Assembly (NCBI GenBank): GCA_001938485.1
Contig: MQRK01190407.1
Coordinates: forward strand, 1 to 61,401
Source of the DNA: Girardia tigrina
Taxonomy: Eukaryota
Direction of reading: 5' to 3'
Length of the DNA: 61,401 nucleotides
Positions 1-11,684 of this stretch are shown here, one piece after another. How positions within the stretch are numbered: the first letter of the stretch is position 1; the number at the start of each line of letters is the position of its first letter. The position numbers and the translations under genes are program-made. The notes beneath the pieces were generated by a model that was not told the DNA's origin, searched no databases, and worked only from the letters and a program-made list of their open reading frames with translations.

Positions 1-2
1 TA

Positions 3-206
3 GCAAATCAAATCGGATTCCAAGATTATATGAGAGTGTTGCGGGAACAAATCAATAAAATTTCTGAAATGCGAAGGATCCAATCAAGAGAACATCAAGT
101 CTCTACAGTAATGATGCGAGAGAAAAGCCTTGACTGGTTCGACGATAAACGACATATTTTGCCAGATGGAATAAGCACATTACCTCATGGATATTATCTT
201 TTGTGA
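3..206 (+). CDS. C-terminal end of protein-primed DNA polymerase B (pPolB) of a Polinton/Maverick (5' part lies before the window)
   Basis: Manual translation from base 3: ANQIGFQDYMRVLREQINKISEMRRIQSREHQVSTVMMREKSLDWFDDKRHILPDGISTLPHGYYLL*. It matches the Polinton pPolB C-terminal signature (I.F.DY...L...M..I.S..H...T....K.L..FDDKR.IL.DG..TL..G). Not in the ORF track. Confidence 0.85.
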   Translation, partial: ANQIGFQDYMRVLREQINKISEMRRIQSREHQVSTVMMREKSLDWFDDKRHILPDGISTLPHGYYLL

Positions 207-397
207 ATGATATACTTGTAAATATTGTACATATGTTAANNNNNNNNNNNNNNNNNNNNNNNNNNNNNNNNNNNNNNNNNNNNNNNNNNNNNNNNNNNNN
301 NNNNNNNNNNNNNNNNNNNNNNNNNNNNNNNNNNNNNNNNNNNNNNNNNNNNNNNNNNNNNNNNNNNNNNNNNNNNNNNNNNNNNNNNNNNNNNNAA

Positions 398-662
398 AAT
401 AATAACATTACACTGCTCATTACAAGTTATATAAAAATAACATATATACAATAATAACATTACACTACTCAATACAAGTTATATAAAAATAACATATATA
501 CAATAATAACATTAAACTACTCAATACAAGTTATATAAAAATAACATATATACAATAATTACATTACACTGTTTAATAAACGTTATATAAAAATTACACT
601 GTTTAATAAACACTATATGAAAATAACATTACATTGTTTAATAAATGCTATATATAAATTAC
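398..662. repeat. 52-bp tandem repeat (AATAATAACATTACACTRCTCAWTACAAGTTATATAAAAATAACATATATAC), decaying to shorter units
   Basis: Units start at 398, 450, 502 and 554. Flanked by N gaps. Confidence 0.9.
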
Positions 663-1896
663 NNNNNNNNNNNNNNNNNNNNNNNNNNNNNNNNNNNNNN
701 NNNNNNNNNNNNNNNNNNNNNNNNNNNNNNNNNNNNNNNNNNNNNNNNNNNNNNNNNNNNNNNNNNNNNNNNNNNNNNNNNNNNNNNNNNNNNNNNNNNN
801 NNNNNNNNNNNNNNNNNNNNNNNNNNNNNNNNNNNNNNNNNNNNNNACTTGTGTACATTAGGAGATTCATGAGGTATTGTTTGATGGTAAACAACATACA
901 TATATCATATGGGTTTCAGATATATACGAAAAAATAGATTTTTGAGCACTTTCTTGAGAATTTCAGAAATTTTCGAAAAAATCAATTTATCAGCACTTTT
1001 ATGAAAATGTTGATGTGGAATCTGAATGTACGTATGTGGTTTCCTATTCAAGTGTATGATCACTTTTTTGATATTCTGCTTCCTTGTACCTTTAAAATCA
1101 ATGTGCAAATTGTGCAAATTTGCACATTATACTAATTATAGAGAAAAGTAATCAATATATGAAAATTCTAATGGCACATTAAAATAGAGAATCAAAATGT
1201 GCATCAAACACATGATATCGATTTATGACACTAGCACTTTTAAAAAATTTAATGTATTGATTTTTGCACTTTTGCATATGTGCAACTGGAAAAGCACTGT
1301 GCTAGCACATTAAAAATGTGCGGCACAATGTGCACTATCGATTGGCACTTTAAAAGTATCGATTAGCACATTCGGGCACTGTGCAGTGATCGATTTGTAT
1401 AAAATTTCAAAAAATCGATATCATTGGAAATCGATAATTTCATATTTTTCGGATTCAGCACATCAACTTGTCNNNNNNNNNNNNNNNNNNNNNNNNNNNN
1501 NNNNNNNNNNNNNNNNNNNNNNNNNNNNNNNNNNNNNNNNNNNNNNNNNNNNNNNNNNNNNNNNNNNNNNNNNNNNNNNNNNNNNNNNNNNNNNNNNNNN
1601 NNNNNNNNNNNNNNNNNNNNNNNNNNNNNNNNNNNNNNNNNNNNNNNNNNNNNNNNNNNNNNNNNNNNNNNNNNNNNNNNNNNNNNNNNNNNNNNNNNNN
1701 NNNNNNNNNNNNNNNNNNNNNNNNNNNNNNNNNNNNNNNNNNNNNNNNNNNNNNNNNNNNNNNNNNNNNNNNNNNNNNNNNNNNNNNNNNNNNNNNNNNN
1801 NNNNNNNNNNNNNNNNNNNNNNNNNNNNNNNNNNNNNNNNNNNNNNNNNNNNNNNNNNNNNNNNNNNNNNNNNNNNNNNNNNNNNNNNNNNNNNNN

Positions 1897-2070
1897 GTTG
1901 CCATGGTAACCGCGACCGTTGCTGCCTAGGCTAAGGTGATCGCGACCGTTGCCATGGTAACCGCGACCGTTGCTAGGGTGATCGCGACCGTTGCCATGGT
2001 AACCGCGACCGTTGCCATGGCAACCCCGCATGGTAACTGGTTACGTAACCATGGCAACCACGGTAACTAG
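1897..2070. repeat. 21-bp tandem repeat GTTGCCATGGTAACCGCGACC built from RFX X-box motifs
   Basis: Units at 1897, 1948, 1969 (variant), 1990 and 2011 (perfect palindrome GTTGCCATGGCAAC), plus GTAACCATGGCAAC at 2045. Confidence 0.9.
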
Positions 2071-2126
2071 TAACGACCCCCCCCCGGGGGGAGGGTCTGC
2101 CGGCGAAGGAACATTTTTCCCCTACT

Positions 2127-4363
2127 CATTTTCATATTTATTTTGTAATTTTTGTGATGCTACAAGTAGGCTCTTCTCTTCCATATCATTCAAATTCCAT
2201 AGAACTTCAAATAATTTGCATATAGAAGAAACAGTTTTAAATCTTTCCTTAAGTCCATTTAATATTGCGTCAATAATCTCGTTAAATATGTTGTAAAAAT
2301 ATGTTTCTGCAGATACTTGATCTTTTATTCGGCGATTTTTCGCAAATTCTGCAATGATTTCATTATTTGCTTCAATTTTCTTTGACTCCGAAAGAAGTAA
2401 ATTCCATCCATTTTTAATTTTTGTTTGTCAATATTATTTCTTTCTGTTGTCAGTGTTGCTTTCTGGGTTCAGAGAATTAGATTTGTTTCATGTAATAAGA
2501 CAAGAACTTTCATCCACATTGTAAACATCAAAACACATTCAAATGATGTAAGATATTTTTTAAAGAATTCAATCTGAGTCTGAGCTTCAGCTGAAAAACT
2601 ACGTACCTCAAATCCATTCACAGCTGATAAGGATTCTAATTGAAGGGTAACTAGTTTAACTGCATCTATTCTTGAAGACAATCTGGTTTTTGAAATGTTG
2701 TGTAAAGAAATTCCATGCATATGGTTTTTGGACTGCTATCTTTTGGGACTGCTACTAAAAAAGTTATATAAATGCTGAATAGTTCCGAAGTATGTTATTG
2801 CTTCTTTACAAGATTCTGCTGCGTTAAGTCGAATAAGATTTAAAATTGTAAATCCAGTGCACTAATTACATCCTCTTCCATTGTGGTTACACTCTCAACT
2901 GTAATTTCATCCAGCTCCTCTATTTCGCTAACTGTATCCCTTACTGCACTTTCAACAGTGAAATTTTCTTTATTACATATTGAAGATCCTTCTGCTTGAT
3001 TTGGGGAATCTTTATTGAAAAACTATGAAATTGGTTTTAATTTTTTAATAGCATCATACATAAGTTTTTTCTTTTGCATTTTACTGGCTCCACTTTCAAA
3101 AGTCCTCTTTATCTTTTAATCACCGACCTTGTTTAATTTTTTGTAATTATTATCCATAAAATCAAAGATTAATTAAAATAAATAACCTTTTATTTTTGGT
3201 AATTTTGAATTAATTTTCACTACCACTAAAGGCTGAATTGATGCAAAATTTGGTTAGGCAATAAAGATTTCCAAACTAAGACTTCTATTTATAATCGCAT
3301 TTGAATAAATAAAAAAATTGAACTTTTATTCCTATTTAGAACAACTCACAATATCGATTCAAAATTTCACAAAAAAAGTTAAATCAATTCATGCAGTTCA
3401 ACAACTGATATTTTTCAAACAATTTATACAAATATGTTTTTTCACAATTAAGTTTAATTTTCCAAACAAATCAGTCATTCAAATTAATCAATGTTTTTAT
3501 TTTAATTTTCAACACCGAAACATTTCGGTTCATATTAAAATGGTTAGTTCCATTTTAAATATTATTATATTATTATATATTAAATATTATTATATATTAA
3601 ATATTATTATATATTAAATATTATTATATATTAAATATTATTATATTTAAAATGGAACTAACCATTTTAATATGAACCGAAATGTTTCGGTGTTGAAAAT
3701 TAAAATAGAAACATTGATTAATTTGAATGACTAATTTGTTTGGAAAATTAAACTTAATTGTGAAAAAACATATTTGTATAAATTGTTTGAAAAATAGCAG
3801 TTGTTGGACTTTAAAAATTGGACTTTAAATTAATTTTAAGTATTTTTTATAATATAGGGTTTTCATTTTCAATTGAGACTTTTTAATTTACATTGAGAAT
3901 TTTTCATTTTAAAATCAGATTTTTATTTTGATTTGAGTTTTTCAATTTTATTATCGGTGTTTGATATAGATTGGAGATTTTCGATTTTGATTTTGATTTT
4001 TTATTAAGATTTAAAAATTTTGATTTAAATTCGGATTTTTTTGTAAAATTTTGGCTGATCGCGGATTAAATATATGTAAAAACTTTTTTATATGTAAAAA
4101 ATTGGAATCCTCTAACAACTCAAATTTTTCAATAATATTTTGAAATTATAACGTTTTTTTAAGTTCAGTTATTTTTTGTACTTCAACCATTAATAATAAC
4201 GTTTAAAACACTATTTGAATTCATAACCTACAAAAATGTTTTTGGAGTGAAAAAGTTGTGAAGATTTTACACCAAAGTTTTATATAAACTTTTCAATGGT
4301 GTTTATATCTATATTTTGGAGGCCCATGCCAAATGGCCCATTTTCCCCCTTTTACTAGCCCTG
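2127..4363 (-). mobile_element. Degenerate hAT transposon (ZMYM1-like transposase pseudogene ~2127-3157), truncated by the Maverick insertion
   Basis: Minus-strand peptides KRTFESGASKMQKKK, LHNISKTRLSSRIDAVK...KYLTSFECVLMFTMWMKVL and NIFNEIIDAILNGLKERFKTV are typical of ZMYM1-type hAT transposases. A hAT-like terminus CAGGGCTAGTAAAAGGGGG reads inward from 4363. Confidence 0.7.
3395..3810. repeat. Long near-perfect inverted repeat (~165-bp arms) with a 17-bp AT tandem repeat in the loop
   Basis: 3395-~3560 is the reverse complement of ~3645-3810 with few mismatches. The loop is (ATTATTATATATTAAAT)n. Confidence 0.9.
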
Positions 4364-4800
4364 TCAACATGTATATACGAAATAATTGTGTAAATATAAA
4401 TTCTTTTAAAACCTCTAAACAAGTTTTACAAAATATAAATGTATTACAGGTTAATCAAAGCTATTTGAAAACTAAAACTTTAACGAGGTTTTAAATTATT
4501 TATGGTACACATGTTTATGTAAATATCTTTAAGATAATACCAAAATTAACAATATCGAAACTTAGCTTTCAATTTAAAGTACGTCCGACTTATGAGGATT
4601 TAAAATTAATAAAGGAATTTTTTATTCATTTACAATTCAAAGTGCAAAGATGATCTAAAAGTCAGTGTGAAAAATAAATCAAATATATTCTTTATCCTTT
4701 CCTAAACATTTTTTAAAAAATATGTAAATAACAATGTCAATTGGAATTTGATTTGGAATATTTTAATGATTATTTATTTAAATTTATTTGACCTTTTTTA

Positions 4801-5340
4801 TCAAATTAAATTTTTAACTAAAGTTTTTACTTTGCAGCTATTAAGAACATTTAGACAAGTCTCGTTTGAATTTTTACTACAATCGCATTTAGAGTCATTA
4901 TGACTCTCAGAAAGTCCTTCATTATTTGTCATCCTTCTAATTGGTTTTCTTATTTCTATCTTTAATCATGATTATTCGAACAATTTTTAAGTCATTTTTT
5001 AAAATATTAAACTTCTAAATAATATTAATTAAAAATAATAATTTTTACCACTTCTCAATAAATCTCAAAATAATAAAAATGTTATCAAATTATTAAAAAT
5101 CTATTTAATTTAAATTTTACTAAAAATATTAAACTTAATTTTAATTGTTAAATTAAAAAAAATATGAACTTATAAAAGGATTATTTTAATTATGTTCGAA
5201 TAGTCAATCACTTTAAATTTAAATAAAAAATACCAATTTCCATCTGGGTGGGAGAATCACCATTCTAAGTTCAACATACTTAAATCAACATGCAGCATCA
5301 CTACATTTACACATTCAAACAATTTAAAATATTCCTCACA
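4801..5340 (-). repeat. TGTGAGG-family element copy A (type A), with short ORF 4932->4801 MTNNEGLSESHNDSKCDCSKNSNETCLNVLNSCKVKTLVKNLI*
   Basis: Highly similar over ~500 bp to 41620-42120. Its head is similar to 61135-61260. Confidence 0.8.
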
Positions 5341-5689
5341 GTAGCTATTTTATTATATAAATCCTCATTTATAAAACCTGTATGTAAATTTAAAGCATAG
5401 AAAGTTAAAGAATATTAATAATAAACTTGTTATTAACTAAAATAATAATATAAAACAGATATTTTATAAATTTAATTAAATTAAAATAAAAAATTAATAA
5501 AAATACTTTCCGTAATTAATAAAGTCTTGTTTTTAATTTGTTTAATGAATTATTAAATAGAATCTATAGCATCTTTAATTGAACTGGCTTTTTTGGTCCT
5601 TTTTAACAACAGTTTGTTGGAGTCATTTAACATCAATTATTTTCCGAAATGAAGATGTACGAAACCACTTAAGTTTAAAAGATCTTTAT

Positions 5690-6245
5690 TTAATCAATTT
5701 AATGAAGGAAAAACTATACAGTTAACATTAAATATTTACCATATCATTTAAAACCATAAACTTATGCTTCGTTCTCATACAAATATAATATATAATTTAA
5801 ATATAATTGTAAATTTTGTTTGCATTAATCTTTTTCTATGTCTTACGTCTTCATAAATAACGTTTGTATATATTAGCTTAAGATTAATAAATGACATAAG
5901 AATGAATTCTGGGGCCATCGAGAACTTTGAAAATTATATTTTGACATAGATAATGCTATAAAAATTGAAAATATTTTCGGCAATAAATCTCCAACACCAT
6001 TAGGATTGTGTTAAGATCTATTCATAGGTAATGGGTGTAACTCCACATACATTTGAGAGACTTTACGTCATTCCTGTAAGAGAATCCAGGAACACTGTCC
6101 TAATAACGGTAGAAGTAACATTTTTGGACATAGAAGACATCATAAAGTAGACACTTTAAAATTCTGTGCAGTCAATTTAAGAATTAAGAATTAAATGAAC
6201 GTTCAAACTGCATTATCTACAACTTTGGAGTTTTTAAATGATTTA
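5690..6245 (+). mobile_element. Penelope-like element fragments (GIY-YIG endonuclease C-terminal part)
   Basis: GCNSTYI*ETLRH...RIQEH motif at ~6030-6090. The 3' end AACGTTCAAACTGCA.T.TCTACAACTTTG is shared with 15699-15730. Confidence 0.55.
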
Positions 6246-6406
6246 CTGATGACATATTGATTACACAATCACTAACTGAACTATAAACGTAATTTTTGGT
6301 TGAAAAAATTTTTTGCTGACGATGGCGGTTAATAAACTTAATTGGCTTCAAAAATTTTTTTGATAAATTGCCAATAGTTTTTAAAAATTTAAAGTTTATT
6401 CATAAA

Positions 6407-6890
6407 TGTGAGGAATATTTGGAATGTTGTTGTTTTCTGTATTGTTTAAATGTTGTGTGTTGATTTGGGATTGTGTCTCTCATAATCAGATGGATGATTA
6501 ATATTTTTTTTATAATCTGAAACTAATTTATTCAAATTTATACTTAATATTCAATTTTTTAATTTATTATTATTGTAAATTTTAAATAGTTTTATTAATT
6601 TTATTTTTGTAAATTTTTAAATAATTAAATCAAATTAATGTTTTGAAATGATAATAAAAATAATTTTATTTTAACAAATAAGATTGAAAATAAATATTTT
6701 AAATAAAATAATTTGTTTCAAGTAAGTTTAAATTTTGGATGAGAAGTATTAAACATTCCTTGATGAATTTGAGCGAAGGCACTATTACGGATTGTCATAA
6801 AATATTTATGACAAAGATGATCCAAATTGTAATTACAATGGTTTGAAGATAATATGGATGCATACTTTGATGAATGTCATAAATATTTGA
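6407..6890 (+). repeat. TGTGAGG-family element copy B (type B), with a frameshifted short ORF from 6763 (MNLSEGTITDCHK/DDPNCNYN...)
   Basis: Homologous to 42227-43254 and 49372-49781. Confidence 0.75.
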
Positions 6891-9800
6891 CTTTGGTTCT
6901 AAAAATCTCATACTTGACGACCTAATATTATGTTATTAAAAATTTTTTCCGATATTTTGCTAAAATAATTCACAAATTCAACAATAAAATTACAAGTTTA
7001 AAACTAAAAAATGTTATACGTATTTTGTATGGTAATATGATAATCTATGAAGCATGATAAATATTTTACTTCTTAATTGATTTTATTTCTTACTGTCGTG
7101 ATTAAAACAGAAAAAAAGTGTTCCAATTTTGTTAGAAGACAAAGATTCTGCACTAAAATATACTTAATAAACTAAACTACAAGCACACAAATATCGGTTG
7201 TACACCGAATTAAGGGGAGAGTCAAAGGTTAACTCTGTTCTCGACCCCGTTATAGTTATATAATACAAATTTAGAAATATTCTAAATTTGTTAATTATGT
7301 AATATCTTATTAAATTAAATTTAATTTTGTAATATCTCACAATTTTGATTAAAATAATATTATTACTATTTTCTTTTTTCACGAAAATACTAATGTTAAA
7401 TTAAAAAATAATGTGTACATAGTTTCACATCATGAATTCAAGGTCAAAGTCGTTAGCTGTAGTAATGTTTAACGATTGTTATGACCAAATAACCATCATA
7501 ATACAATTCCTGATTCTCCAAGTATAAATAAATGTTTAAAATAATATATATAAATATTATGCATATATTAAGAGAAAATTTGATAAAAAATTGATCCAAT
7601 TTTTTATTGTCGATTATAAATGTATAGTAATTAACCCTCATTAAAACATCTTCTTTTTACCATTTCGAAAATAAATATATATATTTATTTAAAATATACA
7701 TTGAAATAAATAGGAATATATTTTTTATTTTGATTTTTAGTTGTGTAACATTATCTAAATTAAATTCGTTTCTTCGATGGTAAAATACATCAAGGGAATT
7801 GTGAACAAATACTTCGTTACAAAAGAGAAATAAGACTAATTAATAAATAAAATGAACTCTATCCCTGAAAAACTGTTCAAAACTCCAAAACGATTCTAGC
7901 GATGGTTTTTTTTGTTGTATAAATATATTAATGGACAAACTTTCGTTCAATGCCTTATAAAACAATCTATTTTCGTAAGCCCAAAAAACGTCAAGAAGCT
8001 CACATTACAAATGAGATTATGTAGGCTATTTCTTTTTAAAATCAACATTCTCTTCGAAAACGTGCTTCAAACAAGAACTGAAAGAAGAAATTGTTAAACT
8101 AAAAATAACAGAGGAGAAATAAAACTTTATTTATGAAACGAAATAAGAATTAAAATAATTAAGAAGAAAAGTTTATAATTTTTATAATTGATATTTTTTA
8201 ACGAAAAAAAACTATAAAAAAAGAAAGAATAAATTTTCAAAATTTTCCAAAATAAATCAGAAGTAATTTCCGAAATATAAAATGTTTACAGTTTGATAAC
8301 CAAACATTTTGGCAAGCATTTAGAGAATTTAATTAAATATTTATTTATATATCTTGTAATTTTAAGAAAATTTCAGTTATTTATATTATTTTATTACCAA
8401 AGACATGTATTCAAATAATTTTAATACTTAATTTTTTATTTTAATTTCAATTTTTATCACTAATTAAAATTTAATTCAAATAACGATTCAAAAAACTGAC
8501 AAATTTACTAGAATATTTTGATTTCTATAATGATCAAATTTTTAAAGGAACCTTTAAAGAAAACATCAACAGTTAATAAGTCATTCCGCAACTTTTGGAA
8601 ATAAACAGAAATGTAAAATATTGAAGTATTAAAATTAAAAATATTTATAACATATAAATATAATAATGAATATTATATGTATATATATATGTGAGTGCGA
8701 TTATGTAATAATCATAATCTAAAGTGTAACATCTTCTTTTAGGCTTGTTTCTATTTCAATAAAAATAAATTCTTTTTTAATTAAAGAAATAAAATAAATC
8801 AAATTTAAATTAAATAAAAATTTTAAACAACCTTTAAAATGTACTTACCAAAAATTTAATTTCGATGGAAAATTAACTGAAATGATGAGCGGATAGAGAT
8901 ATATGATAAATGAAAACAAATAAAAACCTTAGTAACTATTCACACTCAGTTTTATTGGATGGATTTATTTTTTCGTTTTATATTTTTTGTTCTTTATTAA
9001 TTATTTTATTATCATTATTTAAACCTATAATCCCTGTCAGATATAATGAAATTAATATGTTGTGTGAAATTCCAATATTATTTTTCAAAGGAATTAGAAT
9101 ATGAGAACACATTAATTATCTTATAATTAAAAATAATAATAAATTAATATGAACATTGAAAATTTAATTTCTTTCTTTTAAATTAAAATTCTCTTCCTGT
9201 GTTTTTCAAGTCTTTTTATAGATTTTTTTGGAATATTTTTTATTAAATATTATAGATAAAATATAATTAGAAAATGTAACCGCTTTATTATATTTTTATT
9301 GTAATTAATTTTATTATTTTTATTAATTTTTCGTAAAGATCGAAATGAAGAGATTTATTTAATTAAATGTTTGAGGTGTTTGAAGAAATAATGAAGTGAT
9401 GATTTTCATTTTGTTGATTTAATTATTTTATATTATTAAAAATTAAACGATTAAAAATTAAATTTTATATTATTAAAAATTTAACGATTGAAATATGTAA
9501 TTAAATATTTGTAAAAATATTACAAATTTATTTTATTTTCGAAGTGCATTCAAAATCAAAACCGTTTAATCTTAAAGAATTTATTTTTTAGATATGATAA
9601 ATATACGAAGGTCTTATTCAGAGATGAATTGAGAAGAAGGAAAATTTTCAGAAATAACAGATTCACGGCAATATTCAAAAAGGAATTTTAAATATCTCCA
9701 GTATTGAAATAAATGACAAAAACTATGATGTATTTATTTTCAATACTATTTTAATTAATAAAAAAGGTTAAGTTGCAACTCTTTCTGTTAAGCTATGTTA

Positions 9801-9989
9801 AATTTAACTATATCAAAAAAATGCTTAACAATGTAGTGTTTTAAAAATTTAGATAAATTTTTTCTGATACTTATAAGATTATAATGCTTGGTTCCTATAA
9901 ATAATTATAATAGTTTTATCACCGTATTCTATAAAGACTGTTTAACGCCTGCACATATTTTAAATATATTTTTAAGTATAGTATTTTGT

Positions 9990-10340
9990 AGTCGAATGCG
10001 CAAAGCATTTCGACAAGTATACCATATGAAGTGCTAGTTGCCGGATCGAGCTAAAGCAATCCGGACTTCTTAACCATGAGGGAAACAGTTGGCCGAGGAG
10101 GTCACCAAAACGTTTCGCGGGGGCTCCTGAACCGGTTCGACCCAGTGTCCACCGGTATGCCTGCATTCGAGTGTCAAAGTTTGGCTCCGTGCGTTGTCGT
10201 TATTCACTTGACAATTGGTCCGATCTCGTAGGACGGCTGATTCGGTCGGTCTGTCGGTTTGCAACCCAATGGCCCAACCGGTACGTTCGAGTGAATTGTT
10301 TGTTTGGCGCTCACACAAGTGAGACGCAAGTAGATTTGGT
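9990..10340. mobile_element. GC-rich fragment, probably a retroelement remnant
   Basis: Abrupt high-GC island abutting and truncating the piggyBac fragment. No diagnostic motif recognised. Confidence 0.3.
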
Positions 10341-10364
10341 TTTTTTTATTTTGGTGGATTAACA

Positions 10365-10710
10365 GGAGAACCACACCATATTTAATAATTTCCGAAGGAA
10401 TGTAAATTTTGAAATTAAATCGTCCAAGCCATGGTATCATTCCTTCATTGATTATAACGTTTTTTCAAGATTAAAGCTTTCTCAAAACATTTTACAAAAG
10501 TAATCTTTTTTTATGTTGCATCTTGAAGAATAGATCAGCATTCTTCGGATTACTACTGTTTTCAGAAGAATGTAGGTATGGTAAGATTTGCTTTTATCCC
10601 CAAATAGTCATAGTTATTCGAAATGCTGGAGTTTCCAGAAACGGATTTATCGACCAATAATCGTCCATTCTAATCTTTTTACTGTTGGGTTTGATATCAC
10701 TAATGGAATT
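10365..10710 (-). pseudogene. piggyBac (PGBD) transposase fragment
   Basis: DDYWSINPFLETPAF...LPYLH...INEGMIPWLGRFNFKIYIPSEIIKYG matches the piggyBac DYWS...TP.F...LHF...IDE.M.P..GR..FK.Y.P.KP.KYG pattern. Contains stops and frameshifts. Confidence 0.85.
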
Positions 10711-11684
10711 CATAAAACTAAAATTTATTAATATAATAACGTCCAATTTTTTAAACAAATTTTATGAGGAACCTGTGTACTTTTGCTCAATTCAATTATA
10801 AAAAATATAAACACAGATATTTAATTTTATAGTTTAAAATAAATTTTAAAATCAACTTTAATAAAATTTTCATCTTTTAATAATGTTATTACAAAAAACT
10901 TTTTAAAACATTGGTTTTACTTTACATTGTAATAAAAGTCTTTGGGTTCGGAATTTAAATATCTATTTAATTCTTAATATTTATTACTCCATTTAAAGTT
11001 ATTTTACCAAAACTTAAAAAAGATTTACATTTATATTTAATTGAAATTATTTATTTTTTACTTATTTTATTCCATTGTAAAAACATTTTAATTAAATTAA
11101 CAAAAGATTTATATTACTTTAAAATTATTTTAACAGTTTTATTTTATTTGTAAAATATTTTATTTTATGTTGAGATTTGCTATTTCATTTTGAATTATTT
11201 AAACCTTATTTTAAAGTCCTACAATTTTCAATATATTTTTTTAAATATTTTAAAATTTTCATCGTTTTTTTCAAAAATTTAACATTCACTATTCATACAA
11301 GAATCTCCAAAGCAAACAACTTTTTAAGTTCACCTGCAGTAAAGTCGAAAAATTTAGCAATTTTGTTTCTTGCTTCCTTGTGTTGAAATTTTCTTCATCG
11401 AATCTATTTGTTTCAATAAAGAATAATGTTAATTACAGAAAGAAAATTTCTAACCATCATACATACAAAATACATATACAATACATAAATACATACACGA
11501 AAATACACCTCTTACATACCTCATAAAAACTTGATTTGCCAGCATTTAAGAGTGGAATCTAGACTTCAAGAGTAATAAATTTAAATTTAAAAAATGATGC
11601 AAGAATACAATTTATCAGCCGTTAGAAGTGCTGATGAGACTGAAATAAGGTATTTTATTGTTAGTTATATTTTATTAAATAATT

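Larger units (their letters stand above)
1..2126. mobile_element. Right end of a Polinton/Maverick element (pPolB end plus repeat-rich terminal region, probably the TIR)
   Basis: The pPolB tail is followed by ~1.9 kb of tandem-repeat-rich, gap-riddled non-coding DNA. It ends ...TTTCCCCTACT at 2126 (reads AGTAGGGG inward, an AG-type terminus), exactly where an unrelated hAT ORF is cut off. Confidence 0.7.

Noticed and set aside
398-662. Possible CRISPR-like array
   Set aside because: Contiguous tandem 52-bp units with no unique spacers, in a eukaryotic context with no cas genes.
103-2031. ORF-track ORFs spanning N gaps, including the repetitive GRGYHGN peptide
   Set aside because: Artefacts of N runs and of translating the 21-bp X-box repeat.
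11625-11665. Hammerhead-like core CTGATGA..GAAA (also CTGAAGA..GAAAC at ~14768 and CTGACGA at ~6317)
   Set aside because: Stems I/III and the NUH cleavage triplet cannot be formed convincingly. At best these are decayed Penelope ribozyme remnants.
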